NCBI RefSeq assembly: GCF_001194135.2 | Contig: NC_068990.1 | Location: 78,484,624 to 78,548,623 of the forward strand | Length of the DNA: 64,000 nt | Reading direction: 5' to 3' | Source of the DNA: Octopus bimaculoides | Taxonomy: Eukaryota | Shown here: positions 10,707 to 24,777 of the stretch, piece after piece | How the letters are laid out: every line of letters starts with the position of its first letter | Position numbering within the stretch: position 1 is the stretch's first letter | Notes under the pieces: generated by a model | Seen by the model: the letters and a program-made list of their open reading frames with translations, nothing else | Databases searched by the model: none | Told to the model about the DNA's origin: nothing | Program-made: the position numbers and the translations under genes

Positions 10707-11779
10707 CATATATTAATACATAAAAAATTTCACATGCAACTAAAGTATTTCTAATACTTATTGCTCGATTTAATCAGCAATCCAATAGAGAAGATTTGAA
10801 AGTGATTTTCAGAAATATTTTGTAAAGAAGCAACAATTATGGAGAGATGCACTGCTTACCCACCAAAGCACACACAACCAACCTCTCCAGATCAATAACA
10901 TATCCATTTAAAAATTCTATTCCAATACGTTTCAGACTCAAAGAAACAATTTTTTTGATTTGCTTTTCTTCAATATTTTGTGTAGATGTGTGCATGTATT
11001 GTGCTTTATGTTTTTTGTACTAAAATCATGAATCTAGAAATACACACACAGCAACAGCAGCAGCTGTAGTAATAGTGATACAGACATCAGCTACAACTGA
11101 GTTTCTATGCACTGTTGTTACAAATTATAATTTCAGCTCAAGCTGCCCTTTTAATATACGAGGAAAATGTTTTAGAGGATTTTATTTGTTTTTATAAACT
11201 GCAGTAATGGTAGAAAGACAAATCAGGTTCTTCCAATGAAGATATAGAAACATCTTTGATTTTAGTAGTTTTTAATTGTTGAGAGGGAATAGCAAAGAAT
11301 GCAAGAGAGGGAAGGAGAATAAAGAGAGAGAGAGAGAGAGAGAGAGAGGATAGCAAAGAATGAGAAGGAGAAAGAACAGCAAAGAATGAGAGAGAATGGC
11401 AAAGAGAGGGGGAGAGGAAGAGACTGAGACAGACAGGCAAAGCAATAATGAAATAGTGCTTTATGATTTCTGATAAATTGTCAAATCAACAAGTGTCTAA
11501 CCACAAAAAAAAAAAAAAAAGAGTAGTAACATATGAATGATTTTTAACAGTCTGCAAGGCAATCTAGGAAATGGCTTTTAGTTATTATGGTCTGGCAGTT
11601 CCTAGTCTGCAGACAGAGGGCTGAATGATGCTATTATAAGAATGTAGTAGGCTGTATGGTGTAGCACTGAAATCTCAGAGAACATAAGTTTGCAACCTAG
11701 ATTCCTAGTAGGAACTGTTGCACTTCACTTATGTCACCAACGCTACAGGGGGGGGGGGCATCAATATTTCTCTTCTCTC

Positions 11780-11990
11780 CTTAGCATGCCAGGCAAAATG
11801 CTTAGCAGCATTTCATCTATCATTACATTCTGAGTTCAAATTCCACTGAGGTTGACTTTGCTTTTCATCCTTTCAGGGTCATTAAAATTAGAACCTGTTG
11901 AGCACTGGCGTTGATCTAATCGAATTACCCTCCACCCCCAGAATTGCTGGCCTTGTGCCAAAATTTGAAATCAATATTTCTCTTGCCTTC
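11780..11990 (+). mobile_element. tRNA-derived SINE with gactttgcctttcatcctttc...gataaa..aagtaccag central domain
   Basis: Matches copies at 53678-53880, 53903-54114 and 62058-62285. Further copies near 12340, 35690, 37266, 48790, 49625, 55200 and 56125. Confidence 0.8.
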
Positions 11991-12053
11991 AAAACCTTAA
12001 GTCAATAACAATAACCAGTAACACTTTTCAAGTTTTAGGGTTGATTAAATTCA

Positions 12054-12306
12054 GAGTGTTGGGCCTCATGGAGGCAATGACAAATGACCAAGACAAGTGA
12101 AACTGTAGGCATAGCAGATAATGGTGTCACACAATTGGCACATAAAAGCACCCATTACATTCTCAGAGTAGTTGACATTAGGAAGGGCATCCAATTGTAG
12201 AAACCATGCCAAATCAGATTGGAGTCTGGTGCAGCTGCTCAGCTTACCAGCCCTGTCAGACTGTCAACACATGCCAGCATGGACAACGAACATTAAATGA
12301 TGATGA
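12054..12306 (+). mobile_element. RTE LINE 3' end fragment
   Basis: gtgttgggcctcatggaggcaatgac...aaaagcacccattacattctc...ggaagggcatcc...cattaaatgatgatg. Confidence 0.85.
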
Positions 12307-12307
12307 C

Positions 12308-12340
<33 letters not shown>

Positions 12341-12779
12341 GGTGATGGATTAGTAGAATCCTCATAACATTGGAGAAAATATTTTGCAGTATTTCTTTCA
12401 GCTCTCTACATTCTGAATTGAAATCCTTTTCAAGTCAGCTTCGATGTTTATCCCTTTAGGATCAATGCAATAAATACCAGCCAAATATTAGTCATGATTT
12501 AATCAGCAAACACCTTTTCAAAAATTGCTGGCCTTATGCCTAAATTAGAAATTATTAAAGGTGGTAGATTGACAGAATCATTAGGTGTTGGCTTATTTCC
12601 TAGAAGTCATCCTGAAAATTACACATAATTTTGAATGTGAGATGCCAGCGTTTGCTCTATCAATAAAGGTAAAAAAAAGACTGAAGTTTAGCATCAACTT
12701 AAACCCTGAGTGCTGGAATTTGAACCTCTAGCCTTCATGATCATAAATCAACCTCTACCTATGGTTAGAAAGAGTTCAC

Positions 12780-12930
12780 ATATTTTGGTAGCACAATTAC
12801 TGATAAAGACAGCTTATATGAAGAGGCAGATGACAACATACATTTAGCTGTGGTAACTTTCTGGAAGCCTGAAGACCAACTGTGGAAACCCCAATGGTAT
12901 AAAGCTGTCAGCAAAATGCAAAATGTATGA
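12780..12930 (+). mobile_element. Old RTE RT remnant (motif 7 region)
   Basis: Frame GSTITDKDSLYEEADDNIHLAVVTFWK resembles YLGSxITxxGxxxxEIxxRIxxAxxxFxxL. Confidence 0.4.
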
Positions 12931-13964
12931 AACAGTAGTAGTAGTAATAATAGTATTGTGTCTGTTGTGTTCTGCTGAGACCTATATATTGTATCATATC
13001 ATCAGTGTGTGAAAAAGTTGATGAGTTGCCAGTTGCCCTAGCTATGATCTATAATCAACATATATAAAGTTTCTTCTTTGTAATGGATGATGGGTAACAG
13101 TCCTACTGAGTCATACATAGTTTATGATAGACAGCCAAGTAGAAAAATATTTCATTTCACCATCAACCTCCTATCTGCCAACCAAACCCAGCTTTTTGTT
13201 TTTTTTCCCCACTCATCTCAGCACAGCCACTACTTTCTCCTTATAGCATGACAGACAGAAGAAAACAAGCCCCCCCCCCCAAAAAAAAAGAAACAAGATA
13301 GACACCTGACATGGCCTTTTATAGAATTAATTATTATTTGTTCAGATATTGATCAAGATGTTTGAACATCATGACATATTTAAACACAATTTCATCTAGG
13401 AATCTGAAGTTTGATAAGCACAAGATAAGGTAACAACAACTGAATAAATTATAGTTACTAGGATTTTCTATTACTTACATGAAGAGGAAAGACAAGCTTC
13501 CTCTTGGTGTTGGTATGAAATTATACCAGGTAATTTCCTGCTAACACCAACATAACATCATGAAAGTAAATATATTGTAAACCATCTAAACTGGCACTTT
13601 CACTATTCAATTGCTTGTACTATAATATAGTGATGGGGCACTTATGTAGTCACTTCATTTGCTACACATGGCTAAATCTCTTTCAAACCAAACTCTAAAC
13701 TCTTTAAAAGAGGACACCGTCTGGAAGAACAGAAGGGTAGGTCATAACTAGAATGCCTTTGGTGAAAGGTCTGCTTGGTCAAGGCTGACTTAGGGCAAAA
13801 CAACACTAACTCTATGTTTTAAGAAATCATTCTGAAGCAAATTTTAGTAGAATAGGTTTGCACCCCATGGCAGGGAATCGAAGAAAGCAGCACTGAAACA
13901 GCAGTGAATTGAAAGAGTATACCAGCCTGCTTTAGCGAATCCATGATTCTATAATACAAACTTT

Positions 13965-14105
13965 ATAAAATGATCTAAATTGAAACCTCCCATCAAAATT
14001 TCATAAATAGCATCAAAACCAGTTTAGTAATAAGAAAATTCTTTATTTTCAAAATTAATTGAATCAACAGCAGTCTATTCCAACAGGAATATAGTAAAAA
14101 AGAGT
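13965..14105 (-). mobile_element. Fragment of an AT-rich MITE-like repeat (related piece at about 59630-59715)
   Basis: ctaaattgaaacctcccatcaaaatttcat (about 13975-14005) is the reverse complement of acatgaaattatgatggaagggttaatcttaa (about 59680). Confidence 0.4.
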
Positions 14106-14144
<39 letters not shown>

Positions 14145-14654
14145 GTATGTATATATACACACACACACACATACAAGGATTACTGTTGTAGGGTGCAATC
14201 TAGACATGTGCAAGTGTGTGTGTGTGTGACTTCCACATGGAAATACTCTTGGATGTTCAGATGAGTAAAAGCACGTGTAAGCAAGTGTGTGTGTGCATGT
14301 GTGTGCATATATGTGTGTGTATGCACACAAGTATTCATATATAGTATGCAGATAGTGTTATAATCCAAGTTGTGTCCTCTTGATGTACATCTATTTATTT
14401 CAAGACTGCAAACTCATATATAGATGTTTCATTCATTTGAGGTATGCATAAAAGTTGAAAAATACAGGAAAATATTTTTTGCAGAGTATTTACATTATCA
14501 AAACAGGAGATTGGAAAAAAATTTTGTTCATATTTATTCACCATTACATGTGTTTCACTTGCTAATAGGAGTTACAAATAAAACATGCGTAATGGTGGAT
14601 GAACAATACCAAAAATGTTTTACAATTTCCTACATATACACACACAAACACATA

Positions 14655-15300
14655 TAATTGTCATCATTTAACATCTATCTTCGGTGCCAATCTAGGTTGA
14701 ATAGCCCAAGAGGATCTGACAAGTTGGAGGGCAGCAGTGAGCATCTATGTCTACTTTGGGATGGTTTCTATGGCTGGATGCATTTTCTGATGCCAACCAC
14801 TTTACAGAATGTACTGGGTGCCTTTCTGATGACACCAGCACTAGTGATGTCACCATATAACATCTTGTCACTACCAACTTTATTCTCTTTCCTGCTGTTT
14901 CCATCTGCCTTTGTACAAAACAATATAGCCATTTATCTCCTCTACAGCAAGACATCTTTTCGTAGTCTTCAGTCGTACTTTAGCCTCTCAAACCCTGATA
15001 TAAAACCCTCTTCTTCTCTACTGCATTCAGTTAGGGTGTCTTTTTAGTCCTGTGAGTTATATGGTGACCTCCACCTGTCCCCTCCACCTTTTCCTCAGTC
15101 TACCTCGCTTTCTCGGTCCATTTACCTGTAAGCTGAAGCACCCTCCTCAGAACATGCTCCTCGTCCCTCCTCAACACATGCCCATACCACTGCACTCCAT
15201 TCACCCTTGCCAGCTGTTCTACTGATTCCTCCAGCCCCAGCTTGGCCAATGCTACCCTAGCTACTATCCTACTTCATTGTCGGAGCTTGCATGTAACTAG
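14655..15300 (-). mobile_element. RTE LINE 3' end from a different subfamily
   Basis: Minus frame gives QWYGHVLRRDEEHVLRRVLQLTG (RTE C-terminal WxGHVxR motif). The tail-like segment at 14655-14830 ends in atgatga. Confidence 0.7.
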
Positions 15301-16221
15301 GATTCTTTGTGTCATTCTAAGACTTTCATATTGTTTCCTGGCTTCAGAACAAGTGAAAGTGCACTTGGGAGTATTTTAATGGTAGATGACTTAAGACATT
15401 ATCAGAAAACTAAAATGTTTGATTTGGGTTTCAAGCACTAAAGACATTAAAGGAAAAAACAAGTCAAAACAGGTCTAAAACAAACATAAATGTTACACAC
15501 AGTAACTAGAACTGAAAAAGACAGTTGGAGAAATGATAAGAAATGAGATATGAGGCAATTTACAAACTTTTACAAAATTATATTTCTCATTCCACTGTGA
15601 AAATACCAAGTGCAGATGAGGAAACTTACAGGTTTTTGAACATAAATTATGTAAGAACAACTGTGTATGTGTGTGTGAGTGTATGAGTATATTTGTATGC
15701 GCGTGTGCACTCATATATACTTTTTTCTGAGTACAAATAAAGAACAAGATGTATTACCATCTGTCGAAAATCCTACAATAAAAAGTTTCAAAACTGAAGT
15801 TAAACTACTTGAAATTTATTTTAGGTCTTCTGATATAAGCTGTGTTGTGCACAAATACACACACACACATATTTATATATATAACAGAGTGTAGGTGTTA
15901 TTGCTAACAATCATGCACATACAAAGCAACAATGTCAAGTAAGTTTAAACATTCAATCTTAATGTGTTTGTAGACAAACATTTGAGAGTGAGTGTATTGT
16001 ATCTGGATATATTACTATATCAATATATCCATGTTGTCACACAACACATGCACACGTGCACGCACACGCACACACACACACACACACAAAGCCATTGAGG
16101 GAGCCTCCACATATTTGCTTGACCTGCTAGAAATAGCAAGTAAATAATCCTGAAATCACATTACTATCTTAAGGAAAAAAAAAAACTTGGATAATTTGAT
16201 CCTAGATATGCAATAGTAATC

Positions 16222-17100
16222 ATCATTTAACACCCATGTTTCATGCTGGCATAGGTTGGATGGTTTGACAGGATCCAACAGGCTCAAAAACTGCATTGGG
16301 TTCCAATGTCTGTTTTGGCATGGTTTCTATGGCTGGATGCTCTTCCTAAAACCAACTACTTTACAGCATGTACAGGGTGCTTTTTTTTTCAAGAAAACCA
16401 GCACTAGTGAGATTGTCATACAACTTACAAAACTAAAATTCCCTTTGATTGGGTGGAGTTACAGAAGATAGGGAGCCAGCTTTATGCATGGGGATAAGAG
16501 ATTAAAGGTATCAGAAGAGAGCAGGTCTCTTGTAGTAGAGTTACATGGGTACTCACATTATAGAAGAGAGAGGGAGTGACTGATGCAGAGCTGGAGAAAG
16601 TGATAAAATTAAGAGAGATGAGGTGTGAGGCAGGGCACTCAAGATAAGAGGTGAGTAGAAAAGAAAGAAGACAGAAGAACTGAAAGTGTGAGTGGGTAGA
16701 GGCTGGAAGAGTGTAGGGGAGAGTAAGAGATGTTACCACTAGGAAATAGGTGACAGGGTGAACATAATGAAGAACAAATGTCACGGGATAATAAGATGGG
16801 AAGAGTAGGTGACAACTGTAGAAATTGGGTAGCGTTGAAGAGTAGGTGTAGTGAATTGTGAATAGGGACAGTGATACATATTAGTTGTGAGAGGCAGAGG
16901 AGAAGAGCAGATGCCTAGTAGTGCAGAAAAGGGGTGGGGTGAAGCGCTACAGATTCATAATAATGATACAGTGAACAGGGTGAGGAAGAAAAAGAGATGG
17001 CGTGTGATTGGGTAAGTTATGGTGGTGGAGAAGGAGAGATAGTTTGGTGATCAATGTAGAATGTGGGTGGAGAGGCTAGTATCAAGAATGAAAGATGAAT
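16222..17100 (-). mobile_element. RTE-type tail followed by purine-rich decayed retroelement (possibly Penelope-like)
   Basis: The tail at 16222-16400 is clear. The following G/A-rich 700 bp resembles 29230-29900. The Penelope assignment rests only on weak GIY-YIG-like fragments. Confidence 0.35.
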
Positions 17101-17223
17101 ATCAAGTGAAATGGTTCTGAGTAGTACACTATTGGGAAGCCTTTTGATAAAAGGTCTCTTTGATCAGAGCAAACCTGGAGCTAAACAGCGAACTCTCACT
17201 CTGTATGTGTGTATGTGTGTGTT

Positions 17224-17264
<41 letters not shown>

Positions 17265-18253
17265 NNNNNNNNNNNNNNNNNNNNNNNNNNNNNNNNNNNN
17301 NNNNNNNNNNNNNNNNNNATATATATACATATATATATATATATATGCACACACACAAATATTGAAAGCATGCATGTGAGAGAGAATCCTGATAGGAAAT
17401 TCATGCACATGCAAACATATCAGTGTTTACAAAATGTAGGAGTTGTGCATGTGTGCATTTGCAAAATGCATGCTTACATATGCACATGCATTTTTGCCAA
17501 TGTGCGTGTGTGTTAGTATATGCTGTAATCTCTAAATACCGTTGTGAGTTGAAACAAAAACATTTCAAGAATTTCCTATGGATTTGCATAGGTGAGGTGA
17601 GGGTAGGAGTGGTGATGTTATCTATACGGTGGGGGTGGGGTGAAGGGAGAAAAATGGGCAAAGATGAGAGTCAGAGATAGAAAGCTGATGAAAAGAACAC
17701 ATGTGAGAGAGAGAGAGAGGAAGAAGGAGGGATGAGATGAAGCAGACAGTCAGCCAAAAAAGTTAAAAGAAAAATGTTTCTAGAAAAAAATAAATTACAA
17801 ACACCACCACCACCCTCCCCATTAGCAGAAATTTTATTACCAAAAAAAAAAAAGTGACTGTTGTTGTTGCTGTTAGTACTGTAATTACATTAAGAAGAGT
17901 TAGATAACCAACCTATTACTGAAGGATATCTTCATCTAAATATTTATGTTTTTTCTTTTTCTTTTTCTCAAACTAGGTGCACGCCAATACATTCACACAC
18001 ACACACACACAATGAGTTAAAAACATACATCTCTGGATAGTACCAGAGCTCTTAATTTTGGAATTAGTTAGGGAATGTAGGTTCAACTCAACTTTGTCTT
18101 AGATTGTTTTTTATGATATTCTTTACCTACTTCTTTTGGCAGACATGAGAGAGTTTATGGAGGAAAAGAAAAAAAAAAACCACCTCAAAACAAGCTTCAG
18201 TTTCAGGCTGACCCTGAAGCTAAGGTGGGTTACATCATTTAGGCTAGGTTAGG

Positions 18254-18295
<42 letters not shown>

Positions 18296-19211
18296 GCTTT
18301 CTCCACTTAAAAAAGCTAGCGTGCCCTCCTCAAGATCTCCCTTAATGAAATTTTAAACGTTTATAAAGTTCCAAAATAAACTTTATAAAAGTCTTACATG
18401 TCTTTTCTCCTCTACTTTTTATTTTTTAAACCTTTTTTTTTATTTTCCTTTCCCTGTCTCTCTTTCTCTAAAAAACGGAAAAAGGGAAGAAACAATTTTG
18501 CCAGAAACATTACTAAACAACAAAACTATGCAAAACCTGCAACTGGAGTAGAGAAGCTGGAGATAACCTTTTTACTGACTGTTTTAATTGTTAATTTTAT
18601 TTTGTGCATTTGTGAATGGTAAAGTCATTGCTTATAGGTTTCCCTGAGGCCAAGTGATGTATTTAACTTATCTGAATAAACACCAGAAAGTAGGAAATGA
18701 AACATGGATCTATTAGTAATACATTGGTGATGCAAACTGCACCTACACACACACAAAACAAACCAACACAAAGGTATATCTACATGATGGATTTCTACAG
18801 TTTCCATCAGATTCATTTCACAAGGCATTAATTTGTGGTTATAATAAAAGTCATTTACCCAAGGTTGCTAAACAATGGGATTGAACCAACAATCACATAG
18901 CTGCAAAGTGACATTGTTAATTACATAGCTAAGCCTTCAGCTTCCTTATATCCATTGGGTGGCTGATACCCACAACACTGCAGGCTGTCCACCTCTACTT
19001 TTGGCAATTATAGATGCATATTTGAACACAGATGTAAATAAAAATGTTTGTATGCGTGCATATATAATATACACACGCACAAATTATTTGCAGTGATAAT
19101 ACTATGTATAGTATTATAAGTAGCAGTTGAAGTCTAAGTACACATATGAGTGTGTGAATGTACGAGTACGAGTGAATGTGTTCAAGAGCTGGCGTAAGAG
19201 TTTGAGTGAGA

Positions 19212-19278
19212 GCAGAAGTGAACTCATGCAGATGTGAGTGCATGCAGAAGTGAACATGTGCAGATGTAGACATGTGCA
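19212..19278 (+). repeat. 16-bp minisatellite x4 with alternating variants
   Basis: gcagaagtgaactcat / gcagatgtgagtgcat / gcagaagtgaacatgt / gcagatgtagacatgt. Confidence 0.75.
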
Positions 19279-19594
19279 ATATTAGTGATTGTATGTGTGG
19301 ATAATAACAACTGCATGGATGTAGTGTTTATTAATTAGACCATTCGTAATCAATTTCTGGTCTTTGGGTTTTATTGGTGCCATATTCCTGTCTGGTTTGT
19401 CTTTGACTGAAGTTAAGTAAGCTTTATAGTTTATAAGTATATCGTTATTGCTAATAGTGCCAATTATTGTCGTGTATGAAGAAGCAAGCACAAGGTGAGC
19501 ATGACATAGAGTCAGGCATGGATAAAGGAAGTGAAAATATACAAACAATAAGAGTAATAGCAGTAGTAGTAGTAGTAGTAGTTATAAAACAGTG

Positions 19595-19626
<32 letters not shown>

Positions 19627-21174
19627 CAAGTGATCAGTGCATGCAACAATAGCAGTCATTGTATGTGTATGCATGCCTGCTTCTTGCCTGTTTTCACATG
19701 CACCAATCTTTATAAAAGTAGTAAGTGGAGAGCTGTAGCAGAATGTTGCAGAAAGCCATGTAAGCGTGAGATTCAAGTGCATTGAAGAAGATGCAGCATT
19801 GGTAGGTTTGAGTAATAGACGGAACATTGCACTGCTATACATATTCACATGGAGAGAAGGGGGGGGGAAACAACCTTCTACACAGATTATTACTATTACA
19901 TACAGTAACATTCTTCTTCTTCTTCATCTTATTGTTATTAGCATTATTATTATTATTAATATTGACATATTGTAACATTAATGTCTTATTGATTATTGAC
20001 AACATGCTGTTGTCACAGACCTTATTGTAGGAACTTGTGACAAGGACGGGTAATATTGGCCATAACTCTGGCAATGAATAGACAGGGAGGGAGATGTGCA
20101 AAGAGTAATATGGTTTATATAAACTTCGGAAGCTGAAAGTCAAGTGTTTGGTGATAATAGATGAAAGGGCTGATTGAGGATTGAGCAGAATGCTTGCATG
20201 TAACATCTGCTATGTGGGGGAACAAGAAATAAATAGAAACTAACTGAAAAAAAAAAAAAAAAAATACTACATAATATGAAACTGGCTGCTATAAAGCATC
20301 ATAAAGACCATTACTGTTTCTTTATCACACTGAAACTTTATCATATTGACAATCTAGAATAAGAAATGAGATAAGTTTTTAGTTTCAAATTATAGAAAAA
20401 AAAAACAAAAAAAAACATATCTTAAAAAAGTTCTCTTCTCTAAAACTCAGAAGTGTTTTGGTATTGTTGCATGATGTAAGAAAAATTGATTTTAAATATC
20501 TGGGAGCAATCTATATAAATTATATATAAAGTGCTCGTTTTTAAGTCCACTTTTCCATGTTGATAAAGGTGGAATGTGACTTTTTTGAGGAAGTTGTGTT
20601 GCAACCAGATGCTCTTCATAACACCAGCCCTTTTGCTCATTTCTTATAATGTGCAAGCTCATAAGGTGTGCTTATTCTATAAAACTGAGATACACAGACA
20701 TATGTGTGTGTGTGTGTGTGGGGGGGGAGTCTAATTTGCTACACAAATTCACACCCAACCATATAGTATTTGGAGATGAAGCATACAGTGAGACAGTTCT
20801 TTATAGAATTACAAACAGGATACACACTGTTGGATTTGTTGGCAAAAGTGTATTTTGTATTAGTTTTATAGCACTCTTTATGAAGTGATGGTACCTACAT
20901 CATTCTAGCCACAAATTATGCTGTTTCCTTTCCATTGAAAAGCCAGGCATGTCTATTCTTACATATTAGCTGTTCATATATGAAGAAACTTGAGTACCAT
21001 GAGCATGAAACATTTCAATGACAAATTGTATTTTGCTGAAATCTTTGAAATTATTTATTGTATTTTTTTGGCTTTTATGAGTTTAGGAAATAATGTTAAA
21101 ACTTTTCTCTACTGTCAGGTGCTTTCAACCTGAAAAAGATTTCAAAATATTTTGGTATTTTGCTTATTTTTAAA

Positions 21175-23621
21175 GTGTTCTGGGAAGGTAACAGTGATGG
21201 GGTAGGTGGGGTGGACATACTTCTTGCAGAGAAATAGGTTGATAAGGTCATAGAGGTAGTCAGAGTGTGTGATGGAGTACTTAAGCTCAGGCTAGTTTTT
21301 CAGAATAGTAGAGCGACAATTGTCTCTACCTATGCCCCCTAAGTGGGTCTACCAAATGAAAAAAGGATCGCATTTATGATATTCTTCTGCAGGCTACCTC
21401 AAAGACAGCAATCTGGTATCTTCCATGGTGTCCATGGGGACCATGGAATTGGTTCTCAAAACAAAGAGGGAACAAAGCTACTGGAGTTTTGTGATGCAAA
21501 TACCCTATCGATTTGCAACACCTACTTGATAACCCATCAATTAGGTGACCATCAATTAGCCAGATTGATAACATTCTCACCACACAGCGAGATACATGGT
21601 GGCTCATAAACACAAAAACCTTCCCTGGTGAAGAATGTACCCCCCCCCCACCCAGCATAGACTATTTATTAGTGACTTTAGACTTTAGGCTAGAAAGGCA
21701 TCATGAAGAAGAACAGTCAGGAAAAGAAGGATCTGGAAGCTTAAGGATCCTCTGTATAGTTAGAGATTTAGGGATACCCTAATTGAGAAATTTGATTAGA
21801 AGGAGGAGGAGGAACTACAGACTTGTAACGTAGAGGACAACTTGGAATTCCTTCAGGACAGCTTGCTGAGTGTCACAGACCAAATCTGCAGCTGGACTGA
21901 GGGAGACATGGTGGTGGAATGATACTGTAGACAAAGCTATTAAAGCAAAGAAACAGGACTGGAAGTGTTGGGGTAGCAGGGAATTGTATCAGATAGCCAG
22001 AAGGGAAGCTAAGAAGCAGGTACATTTAGCCAGGGAAATAGTAGAAAAGCAGAAGTCTGAGATATGAGGACCAGAGACTTGAAGTGCTTTAGATTGCAAA
22101 GACAGTATGTGAGAGAAAATCGTGATGTCATAGGAAAGAAATGTGCCCCAAGGCTGATGGTTCACTTGCATTTAATGATTTTGCAAAAAAAGAGGCTTAG
22201 AATCGCCATTATGAAAGGCTGGATGAAGAGAATGAATGGGAGAAGGAGAGTCTGCCAAATGTTGACACAAGTAAGGGACCAGATATCTGAATCAATAGTA
22301 CCTTGGTAGATAAAGTAATTAAGGATATGAAAGCAGGGAAAGTCCTTGGCCCATCAGGAATCACTGCTGAGATGCTTAAAATATCTGGCAGTCTTAGTAA
22401 GTGGGAGAGCAAACAAATCACAAATCCCTTCAGGTAGGTGGCCCTGCTTGATCTGTAAGAAATGTGTAGGTAGAAATTCCATAAGATGTACCTGGTGTAA
22501 GCTATGGACACATAAGAGGTGCAGTATATCAGAAGGTTAACAGGGAAAATGATTTTTGTGTGTGGTAGGTACACAGGTAGACGCCATCAAATGCCAGGAG
22601 GGGGGGAACTAGAAGTAGTCAACAGTTTCCGTTGCCTAGGTAACCAAGTCAATAGCGGGAATGGATGCTCCGAGAGTGTAACTACTAGAATAAGAATAAG
22701 TTGGATAAAGTTCAGAGAGTTCCTACCTCTGTTGCTAACAAAGGGCCTCTCCCTCAGAGTGAAAGGCAGACTGTATGATGCCTGTGTGCAAACAGCCATG
22801 TCACACGGCAGTAAAACATGAGCTGTAACAGCTGTGGACATGTGTAGGCTTGAAAGAAATGTAGCTTGTATGCCTCACTGGATGTGTAATGTCAGTGTGC
22901 ATGTACAGCAGAGTGTAAGCTGGGCATAAGAGGCATCAGATGTGGTGTACAAGAGAGACGAGTGCATTGGTATAGTCATGTGATGCATATGGATGTGGAC
23001 AGTTGTGTGATGAAGTGCCAATCTCTACCAGTGGAAGGAAGGTGTGGAAGAGGTAGACCCAGGAAGACATGGGACGAGGTGGTGAAGCATGATCTTCAAG
23101 TGTTGGGCCTCATGGAGGCAATGACTAAGTGACTGAGACCTTTGGCAATATGTTGTGCTTGAGAAAACCCCATCAAACCAAGTGAAATCATAGCTGTGGC
23201 TGTTGTTGGTGTTACATAAAAAGCACCTCTCGAGCGCTGGGCCTCATGGAGGTAATGTGGCTGATGCTGGTGTCCCGTAAGTAGCACCTGTGCTGGTGGC
23301 AGGTAAAAAGCACCTTCTGAGTGTTTGGCTTCACAGAGGCAATGACAAATGAATTGCTTGAGAAGACCCATCATCAAACCAAGTGAAATTGTAGCCATGG
23401 CAGATATTGGTGTCACACAAATGGCATCTGTGCCGGTGGCATGTAAAAGCACCCATTACACTCTGTGAAGTGGTTGATGATAGGAAGGGCATTCAGCCAC
23501 AGAAACCATACCAAATCAAACCAGAGTCTGGTGCAGCCCCTCAGTTTACCAGCTCTAGTCAAACTGTCCAACCCATACCAGCATAGACAATGGATGCTAA
23601 ATGATGATGATGATGATGATG
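21175..23621 (+). mobile_element. Internally deleted RTE LINE: AP endonuclease, linker, PHD, C-terminus, 3' UTR; RT core missing
   Basis: WEGNSDGVGGVDILLAEK*VDKVIEVVRV...STYAP (APE); GTKLLEFCDANTL; WWWNDTVDKAIKAKK; jump at about 22392 from AEMLKISG directly to the PHD block; (GAT)n tail. Confidence 0.92.
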
Positions 23622-24728
23622 TTCCAAATATTTAACGACTTAAATGACTTACTAATCAAATTAATCAATGAGCTAAATGATTTACTAATTAAAATTAGTG
23701 TGTGAGTGGCTGAGTACCTCACAAACACATCTACTTTCAACATAGTGTGACAAGGTTGTTCCTTTATATTCCAGGTACAATTCATCCAATCAATTTCCGA
23801 ACAGTTTCTGTCTCCCCAGTTTTACTCACAAAACTGCTGGAAGTTATTTAGTGGGGGGGGGGGAAAGAAAACCATTCAAAATGGATTCTGGATGTTATGC
23901 AGGCAGATTGCTCAAGATTTTCTGATTGTAAAGTGCGGTACTTAACCATCTGCCACACCCTTGTCTATATCCATCGCTAGATATGGACGACTAGTATACT
24001 CTAGTAAGCAATACAATTTCAAAATAAAATAAATTCCTCAACTGGAACCAAAACCACATTACATGATACTGCTCAGACTTTAGTCTTTAACTAAACTAGA
24101 TATTTTAAAACAAAATTCTCCCACACAGAGTTGTTCATATAAGTTTCTTCTTTGGCAATTCTTAAGATATTACACTACTGAATGCTAGCATTGACAGCTC
24201 CATGCTTGAATTGCTTTCAGATAAGCAATCAGATAGCACAAGTGAGGACAGTAAGGAAGGCTTAGCTTAGCTATACCTACAAGGCTTGTTACACATGCAC
24301 CAGATCTTTAGTCGTGTGATAATGAGAGAAATAAAAACGATCATGTTCATACCTTTGCTAGGAACATTAGTAACACAGAGGCAGCCAAACAATAAGTGAA
24401 ATTGCATCAAAAACTGAGTTCTAAGAGAGATGACCACCACTACACACATACTACCTAATGGAAATAATCTGATTGTTCTGCTAAAGATTATGGTGAAACT
24501 GAATATGGAAGCAGCATCAGCAGTAATGATGCTATTATCAGTGATCAACTATTATCAGAGTAAAAATGAATTAAACCAAATCGAATCCTTTCCTCACACT
24601 TTTGATTTGTGTGTGTGTGAGAGGGAGAGAGAGGGAGAGAGGGAGAGAGAGAGAGAGAGAGAGAGNNNNNNNNNNNNNNNNNNNNNNNNNNNNNNNNNNN
24701 NNNNNNNNNNNNNNNNNNNNNNNNNNNN

Positions 24729-24777
<49 letters not shown>

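Noticed and set aside
19725-19790. RAVAECCRKPCKREIQVH resembling an insulin A chain
   Set aside because: The final Cys of CC-x3-C-x8-C is missing (a stop intervenes), and there is no B chain, signal peptide or dibasic site.
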